A stretch of 64,000 bases of DNA from Amphiscolops sp. MND2022 (Eukaryota): contig OZ076409.1 of assembly GCA_964187785.1 (NCBI GenBank), positions 16,988,001 through 17,052,000 of the forward strand. The letters run 5' to 3'. Below the pieces are notes generated by a model, which was given only the letters and a program-made list of their open reading frames with translations, was not told the DNA's origin and did not search any database. Shown piece after piece: positions 56,056 through 64,000 of the stretch (the first letter of the stretch is position 1; every line of letters starts with the position of its first letter). Made by a program: the position numbers and the translations under genes.

Positions 56056-57303
56056 ATGTCTTTTGGTGCCAAAGGTCAAAAAGACCACTGCCAGGAGTAA
56101 GACGGTAGAGGAGAATGCGCAACTCAGAGAAGCGGCAAAACGTGTGAAATTCTTGGTTTTCTGGATAAATGAGAAAAAATATGACTGTATTGGCGTCGAC
56201 AACCCCCGGTGGCAACGCTCATGCTCGATTCCGGAAAAATTATCTGGCCCCAAAGCGGGCAAAATTTTCAATGGAGAACCATCGGAAGAAAACACTTTTT
56301 TGGTCCTCAGTGCAGGAGCTGAAGCAGACATGCCAGCTAAAGAGGGAGTGGTTGACAGTTTTATCAATAGCAACCCTGATCCGGCATTTGAAGACATTTG
56401 TAGCTTGAATGTCACTCGAGAGGTTGAAGCGCGGGAAAAAGCAAAACCAACTCGACAACTTCAAGCTTATGAGTCGGATGACTCTGCGTCTTCACATAAG
56501 TCTACCGTGAACTTGCAAGATATGGAAGAGGACGAAGAAGAGCTGAATCCCGAGGCTTTGAAGTATATCGGACTTGGAACTCCTGCCAAAAACCGAAAAC
56601 GTCGTTGTAGTGGTAAGGAAAATGTAGAACCAGGGTCTTCTATGGGAAGTGACATCGCGAATTCCTCCTTCGGATCTGTGGTTAGTGACAGTCTGGAACT
56701 AAATACAGCGTTGAGAGCATTGGGCAACGCGATAAAAGAACTAAATGGCGAGATAAGGAACATGCGACAAACAGATAAAACTTTGGCAAAAGAGAACAAG
56801 TATCTCAGGGAGTCGGTACTCCCACCATGAAGGCCGGCGAAATGACACCCGAGAAACAAGTCCGCTTTGACGGATTCAATGTAATGACATTGTATGGTGA
56901 AACGCCTGCAAAGTTTGGATTGCAACTAGCTCGCAAAATATGTGGCGAGGATGCTTTGGTGACACATATGATGGAACCAACAGAAGGCGCTGGTCGCCGA
57001 TCACTGGATCAATCCAAAGTTGCGATTATTAAAGGTAAGGATCCAGTGGGTTTCAATAAATTCCTGACAAAACTCAACTGTTCACTGTGTCGAATAACTC
57101 ACCTCACGTTTTGACAGTTAATTTGTTTTTACTTCAGAAGCACTAGTTGCACGCTTCGGGAGCACCCCTGTGGTAATCGACCAAGCTCGGGGATCAATTA
57201 TTCAATGGGGAATAGACGAAAAGGAACGTCGAGAAAAAAAAGCGGAGCAACCGGAACAAATTCGAAATCCCTCAAAGCCCAACAAGATACTCGAAACTAA
57301 TGA
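56056..57303 (+). pseudogene. BEN-domain protein, copy 3
   Basis: 8-bp deletion near the start; TGA at 56828. Confidence 0.7.
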
Positions 57304-58235
57304 AAGAAACTTTCCATAGGACTGGAACCTATAATCAACCATAGCTGCTATGATGTTTTATTTTAGTTTTCGAAAGGTATTCTCGGTTGTCAAGAAGTCC
57401 ACTTGTTTTTCATTCATCCACAAAAATCAAGGCTTCCATGGTGATGCGCAAGCTTTTTTCGTTTCCAGAAAAAATCGTATGTTGTTATGAAAGCCTGTCA
57501 CGTTTGACCTTATCGGTTCAAAAAGTCAATGTTGCACAGGATGAATAATAAACTTATTGTTGCTGTCTCCCTTCAAAGATACGAACTTTCGATAATCAAT
57601 GCCTCTTTTATCGTGTTTGTCGTTATGAGTCTTTAATTAGCTGTTTTCTCTGCTCAGCCAGTGCGGAACAGTCTGTCTGAGTTGATAGCATATGCGGAAC
57701 AACTATGCTGGTTCTGTCACCTCATCGAAACTAATTTCGTTATTTTTTCGCTTTTCACTGTTTCAGTTATTCCTTATCGATCATTAATCCTTGTATTTGA
57801 ACTTTTAATACTAATCATTTTTCATCTAATCTTGGTATTGCTTAAGTGCTCAATCAGTGCGGAACAGTCGGATTGTGAAATAGGATTGTGCGGAACAGCC
57901 AATCTTTTCATAGAACTGGTTTTGTTCATCTGAGTATTGAATGCAACCTTATGAAATTACAAAACCGTTTTTCGCAATTATCTGTAACTTTTTGCTTTTC
58001 ACTGTTTCAATTATTCCTTACCAATCATTATTCCATGTATTTGACCATTTAATACTAATCATTTTTCATCTAGTATTGGCATTGCTTAAGCGCTCAATCA
58101 GTGCGGAACAGTCTGATTGTGAAAAAGGCTTGTGCGGAACAGCCAATCTTTTAATAGGAGTGGTTTCAATATTCTGAGCATTGAATGCAAGCTAATGAAA
58201 TTACATGACATTTTTTCCGCTACCTTCTGTTAGTA

Positions 58236-59495
58236 ATGTCTTTTGGTGCCAAAGTGACAAAGGTCAAAAAGACCACTGCCAGGAGTAAGACGGTAGAGGA
58301 GAATGCGCAACTCAGAGAAGCGGCAAAAGGTGTGAAATTCTTGACTTTCTGGATAAATGAGAAAAAATATGACTGTATTGGCGTCGACAACCCCCGGTGG
58401 CAACGCTCATGCTCGATTCCGGAAAAATTGTCTGGCCCCAAATCGGGCAAAATTTTCAACGGAGAACCATCGGAAGAAAACACTTTTTTGGTCCTCAGTG
58501 CAGGAGCTGAAGCAGACATGCCAGCTAAAGAGGGAGTGGTTGACAGTTTTATCAATAGCAACCCTGATCCGGCATTTGAAGACATTTGTAGCTTGAATGC
58601 CACTCGAGAGGTTGAAGCGCGGGAAAAAGCAAAACCAACTCGACAATTTCAAGCTTATGAGTCGGATGACTCTGCGTTCTTCACATAAGTCTTCCGTGAA
58701 CGTGCAAGATTTGGAAGAGGACGATGAAGAGCTGAATCCCGAGGCTTTGAAGTATATCGGACTTGGAACTCCTGCCAAAAAGCGAAAACGTCGTTGTAGT
58801 GGTAAGGAAAATGTAGAACCAGGGTTTTCCATGGGAAGTGACATCGCGAATTCCTCCTTCGGATCTGTGGTTAGTGATAGTCTGGAGCTAAAAACAACGT
58901 TGAGAGCATTGGGCAACGCGATAAAAACTAAATGGCGAGATAAGGAACATGCGACAAATAGATAAAACTTTGGCAAAAGAGAACAAGTATCTCAGGGAGT
59001 CGGTACTCCCACCATGAAGGCCGGCGAAATGACACCTGAGAAACAAGTCCGCTTCGACGGATTCAATGTAATGACATTGTATGGTGAAACGCCTGCAAAG
59101 TTTGGCTTGCAACTAGCTCGCAAAATATGTGGCGAGGATGCTTTGGTGACACATATGATGGAACCAACAGAAGGCGCTGGTCGCCGATCACTGGATCAAT
59201 CCAAAGTTGCGATTATTAAAGGTAAGGATCCAGTGTGTTTTAATTAATTCTTGAGAAAACTCAACCGTTCACTGTGTCGAATAACTCACCTCACGTTTTG
59301 ACAGTTACTTTTTTTACTTCAGAAGCGCTTGTTGCACGCTTCGTTAGCACCCCTGTGGTAATCGACCAAGCTCGAAGATCACTTATTCAATGGGGAATAG
59401 CCGAAAAGGAACGTCGAGAAAGAAAAGCAGCAGAGGAAGCGGAAGAACAAAATCGAAATGCCCTCAAAGCCCAACGAAATAACCGAAACCAATGA
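58236..59495 (+). pseudogene. BEN-domain protein, copy 4
   Basis: Frameshifts near 58680 and 58930; TGA at 59015. Confidence 0.7.
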
Positions 59496-60832
59496 ATGAA
59501 ACTTTCCATAGGACTGGAACCTATAATCGACCATAGTTGCTATGATGTTTTATTTTAGTTTTCCAAAAGTCATTTTCGTTTGTCAAGAAGTCCACTTGTT
59601 TTTCATTTATCCATAAATATCAAGGCTTCCATGGTGACGCGCAGGCTTTTTCGTTTCCAGAAAAAAAAGCGTATATGCTGTTATGAAAGCCTGTCATGTT
59701 TGACCTTATCGGTTCAAAAAGTCTGTTGGACAGGATGAATATTAAGTTTGTTAATGGTTTCCCCCTTCAAAGATACGAACTTTCGATAATCAATGCCTCT
59801 TTTATCGTGCTTCTCGTTATGAGTCTTTAATTAGCTGTTTTTTCTGCTCAGCCAGTGCGGAACAATCTGTCTGAGTTGATAGCATATGCGGAACAGCTAT
59901 GCTGGTTTTGGCACCTCATCGAAACTAATTGCGTTATTTTTTTGCTTTTCACTGTTTCAGTTAGTCCTTATCGATCATTAATCCTTGTAATTGAACTTTT
60001 AAAACTAATCATTTTGCATCTAATCTTGGTATTGCTTAAGTGCTCAATCAGTGCGGAACAGTCTGACTGAAAAAGGATTGTGCGGAACAGCCAATCTTTT
60101 AATAGAATTGATTTTGTTCATCTGAGTATTGAATGCAACCTAATGAAATTACATAACCGTTTTTTCGCTATTTTCTGTAATTTTTTGGTTTCTACTGTTT
60201 CAGTTATTCCTCATCGATCATTAATTCGTGTAATTGAACTTTTAATACTAATCATGCGGAACAGTCTGTCTGAGTTGATAGCATATGCGAAACAGCTATG
60301 CTGGTTTTGTCACCTCATGGAAACTAATTTTGTCATTTTTTTTTGCTTTTCACTGTTTCAGTTATTCCTTATCGATCATTAATTCTTGTAATTGAACTTT
60401 TAATACTAATCATATTTCATCTAATCTTGGTATTGGTTAAGTGCTCAATCAGTGCGGAACAGTCTGACTGAAAAAGGATTGTGCGGAACAGCCAATCTTT
60501 TAATAGAACTGGTTTTGTTCATCTGAGTATTGAATGCAACCTAATGAAATTACATAACCGTTTTTAGGTTATTTTCTGTAATTTTTTGCTTGTCACTTTC
60601 AATTATTCCTTATCGATCATTATTCCATGTATTTGAACATTTAATACTAATCATTTTTCTTTTCATCTAGTCTTGGTATTGCTTAAGTGCTCAATCAGGG
60701 CGGAACAGTCTGATTGTGAAAAAGGATTGTGCGGAACAGCCAATCTTTTAATAAAAGTGGATTTATTATTCTGAGCATTGAATGCAAGCTAATTCAATTA
60801 CATGACCTTTTTTCCGCTATTTTCTGTTAGTA

Positions 60833-62092
60833 ATGTCTTTTGCTACCAAAGTGACAAAGGTCAAAAAGACCACTGCCAAGAGTGAGACGGTAGAGGAGAA
60901 TGCGCAACTTAGAGAAGCGGTAAAAGGTGTGAAATTCTTGGTTTTCTGGATAAATGAGAAAAAAATATAACTGTATTGGCGTCGACGACCGGTGGCCACG
61001 CTCATGCTCGATTCCGGAAAAATTGTCTGGCCCCAAATCGGGCAAAATTTTCAATGGAGAACCATCGGAAGAAAACACTTTTTTGGTCCTCAGTGCAGGA
61101 GCTGAAGCAGACATGCCAGCTAAAGAGAGAGTGGTTGACAGTTTTATCAATAGCAACCCTGATCCGGCGTTTGAAGATATTTGTAGCTTGAATGTCACTC
61201 GAGAGGTTGAAGCGCAGGAAAAAGCAAAACCAACTCGACAACTTCAAGCTTATGAGTCGGATGACTCTGCGTCTTCACATGTCTTCCGTGAACTTGCAAG
61301 ATTTGGATGAGGACGAAGAAGAGCTGAATTCCGAGGCTTTGAAGTATATCGGACTTGGAACTCCTGCCAAAAAGAGAAAACGTCGTTGTAGTGGTAAGGA
61401 AAATGTAGAACCAGGGTCTTCTATGGGAAGTGACATCGCGAATTCCTCCTTCGGATCTGTGGTTAGTGACAGTCTGGAGCTAATTGCAACGCTGAGAGCA
61501 TTGAGCAACGCGATTAAAGAACTGAATGGCGAGATAAGGAACATGCGACAAACAGATGAAACTTTGGCAAAAGAGATCAAGAATATCAGGGAGTCGGTAT
61601 TCACACCATCAAGGCCGGCGAAAATGACACCTGAGAAACAAGTCCTCTTTGACGGATTCAATGTAATGACATTGTATGGTGAAACGCATGCAAAGTTTGG
61701 CTTGCAACTAGCTCGCAAAATTTGTGGCGAGGATGCTTTGGTGACACATATGATGGAACCAACAGGAGGCGCTGGTCGCCGATCACTGGATCAATCCAAA
61801 GTTGCGATTATTAAAGGTAAAGATCCAGTGTGTTTCGATAAATTCCTGACAAAACTCAACTGTTCACTGTGTCGAATAACTCACCTCACGTTTTGACAGT
61901 TAATTTGTTTCTATTTCAGAAGCACTAGTTGCACGCTTCGGGAGCACCGCTGTGGTAATCGACCAAGCTCGAAGATCAATTAATCAATGGGGAATAGACG
62001 AAAAGGAACGTCGAGAAAGAAAACCAGCAGAGGAAGTGGAAGAACAAATTCGAAATGCCCTCGAAGCCGAACGAGATACCCGAAACCAATGA
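60833..62092 (+). pseudogene. BEN-domain protein, copy 5
   Basis: Extra base in an A-run and small deletions; 234-aa open stretch. Confidence 0.7.
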
Positions 62093-63273
62093 ATGAAACT
62101 TTCCATAGGACTGGAACCTATAATCAATCATAGCTGCTATGATGTTTTATTTTAGTTTTCGAAAAGTTATTCTCGTTTGTCAAGAAGTCCACTTGTTTTT
62201 CATTCATCCACAAAAATCAAGGCTTCCATGGTGAAGTGCAGGCTTTTTTCGTTTCCGGGGAAAAATCGTATATGCTGTTATGAAAGCCTATCATGTTCGA
62301 CATTACCGGTTCAAAAAGTCTATGGTGGACAGGATGAAAATTAAGTTTGTTAATGGTTTCTCCCTTCAAAGATACGAACTTTCGATAATCAATGGCTCTT
62401 TTATCGTGTTTGTCGTTATGAGTCTTTAATTAGCTGTTTTTTCTGCTCAGCCAATGCGGAACAGTCTGTCTGAGTTGATAGCATATGCGAAACAGCTATG
62501 CTGGTTTTGTCACCTCATGGAAACTAATTTCGTCATTTTTTTGCTTTTCACTGTTTCAGTTATTCCTTATCGATCATTAATCCTTGTAATTGAACTTTTG
62601 AAACTAATCATTTTGCATCTAATCTTGGTTTTGCCTAAGTGCTCAATCAGTGCGGAACAGTCTGATTGTGAAAAAGGATTGTGCGGAACAGCCAATCTTT
62701 TAATAGAACTGGTTTTGTTCATCTGAGTATTGAATGCAACCTAATAATGAAATTACATAACCGTTTTTTTGCTATTTTCTGTAATTTTTTGCTTTTTACT
62801 GTTTCAGTTATTCCTCATCGATCATTAATTCGTGTAATTGAACTTTTAATACTAATCACTTTTCATCTAATCTTGGTATTGCTTAAGTGCTCAATCAGTG
62901 CGGAACAGTCTGACTGAAAAAGGATTGTGCGGAACAGCCAATCTTTTAATAGAACTGGTTTTGTTCATCTGAGAATTGAATGCAACCTAATGAAATTACA
63001 TAACCGTTTTTAGGCTATTTTCTGTAATTTTTTGCTTGTCACTTTCAATTATTCCTTATCGATCATTATTCCATGTATTTGAACATTTAATACTAATCAT
63101 TTTTCATCTAGTCTTGGTATTGCTTAAGTGCTCAATCAGGGCGGAACAGTCTGATTGTGAAAAAGGATTGTGCGGAACAGCCAATCTTTTAATAAAAGTG
63201 GATTTATTATTCTGAGCATTGAATGCAAGCTAATTCAATTACATGACCTTTTTTCCGCTATTTTCTGTTAGTA

Positions 63274-64000
63274 ATGTCTTTTGCTACCAAAGTGACAAAG
63301 GTCAAAAAGACCACTGCCAAGAGTGAGACGGTAGAGGAGAATGCGCAACTTAGAGAAGCGGTAAAAGGTGTGAAATTCTTGGTTTTCTGGATAAATGAGA
63401 AAAAAATATAACTGTATTGGCGTCGACGACCGGTGGCCACGCTCATGCTCGATTCCGGAAAAATTGTCTGGCCCCAAATCGGGCAAAATTTTCAATGGAG
63501 AACCATCGGAAGAAAACACTTTTTTGGTCCTCAGTGCAGGAGCTGAAGCAGACATGCCAGCTAAAGAGAGTGGTTGACAGTTTTATCAATAGCAACCCTG
63601 ATCCGGCGTTTGAAGATATTTGTAGCTTGAATGTCACTCGAGAGGTTGAAGCGCAGGAAAAAGCAAAACCAACTCGACAACTTCAAGCTTATGAGTCGGA
63701 TGACTCTACGTCTTCACATGTCTTCCGTGAACTTGCAAGATTTGGATGAGGACGAAGAAGAGCTGAATTCCGAGGCTTTGAAGTATATCGGACTTGGAAC
63801 TCCTGCCAAAAAGAGAAAACGTCGTTGTAGTGGTAAGGAAAATGTAGAACCAGGGTCTTCTATGGGAAGTGACATCGCGAATTCCTCCTTCGGATCTGTG
63901 GTTAGTGACAGTCTGGAGCTAATTGCAACGTTGAGAGCATTGAGCAACGCGATTAAAGAACTGAATGGCGAGATAAGGAACATGCGACAAACAGATAAAA
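63274..64000 (+). pseudogene. BEN-domain protein, copy 6 (truncated by the window edge)
   Basis: Nearly identical to copy 5, including shared deletions. Confidence 0.7.

Larger units (their letters stand above)
49800..64000 (+). repeat. higher-order tandem array, at least 6 units of 2.2-2.9 kb, runs off the window
   Basis: Marker CAAGAAGTCCACTTG recurs near 49820, 52067, 54977, 57391, 59584 and 62181. ORF starts at 50745, 53634, 56056, 58236, 60833 and 63274. Each unit has 3-6 sub-repeats of ~196-245 bp. Confidence 0.97.

Noticed and set aside
52340-62917. Recurrent hydrophobic ORFs (MRNSLSELIAY..., MRNSQSF...)
   Set aside because: They arise from GTG/ATG in the repeat motif and T-rich repeat sequence; frames break differently in each copy.
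50160-63250. CRISPR-like appearance of the short recurring motif array
   Set aside because: Intervening sequences are themselves repeated rather than unique spacers, no cas genes are present, and the context is eukaryotic.

Overview
Eukaryotic (animal-type), AT-rich, intron-containing genomic DNA dominated by mobile elements. (1) 1-5987: decayed Ty3/Gypsy LTR retrotransposon on the minus strand, running off the left edge; its RT carries an in-frame duplication of the YVDD motif. (2) 7498-14274: two-exon class A GPCR-like gene whose ORF continues past TM7 into an eighth hydrophobic segment and a C-type lectin-like domain; its intron holds a 1.4-kb solo LTR. (3) 21666-48404: thirteen phase-compatible exons (711 codons) of an anoctamin/TMEM16 gene on the minus strand; the 5' exons and terminal exon were not confidently located. 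(4) 28599-42708, inside one anoctamin intron: a near-complete 14.1-kb Polinton/Maverick (endogenous DNA virus). It has 139-bp TIRs and genes for a ZnF-pPolB, protease, major and minor capsid proteins, integrase and packaging ATPase. Unusual features are an N-terminal PHD finger on the integrase, PLA2-like and HUH-motif ORFs at the right end, and a 349-bp flanking host duplication instead of a 6-bp TSD. (5) 49150-64000: CACTA/EnSpm-like transposase remnant followed by a higher-order tandem array of at least six 2.2-2.9-kb units. Each unit has a BEN-domain gene preceded by 3-6 sub-repeats carrying paired TGCGGAAC motifs 31 bp apart. All family assignments come from motifs read by eye; no database search was run.
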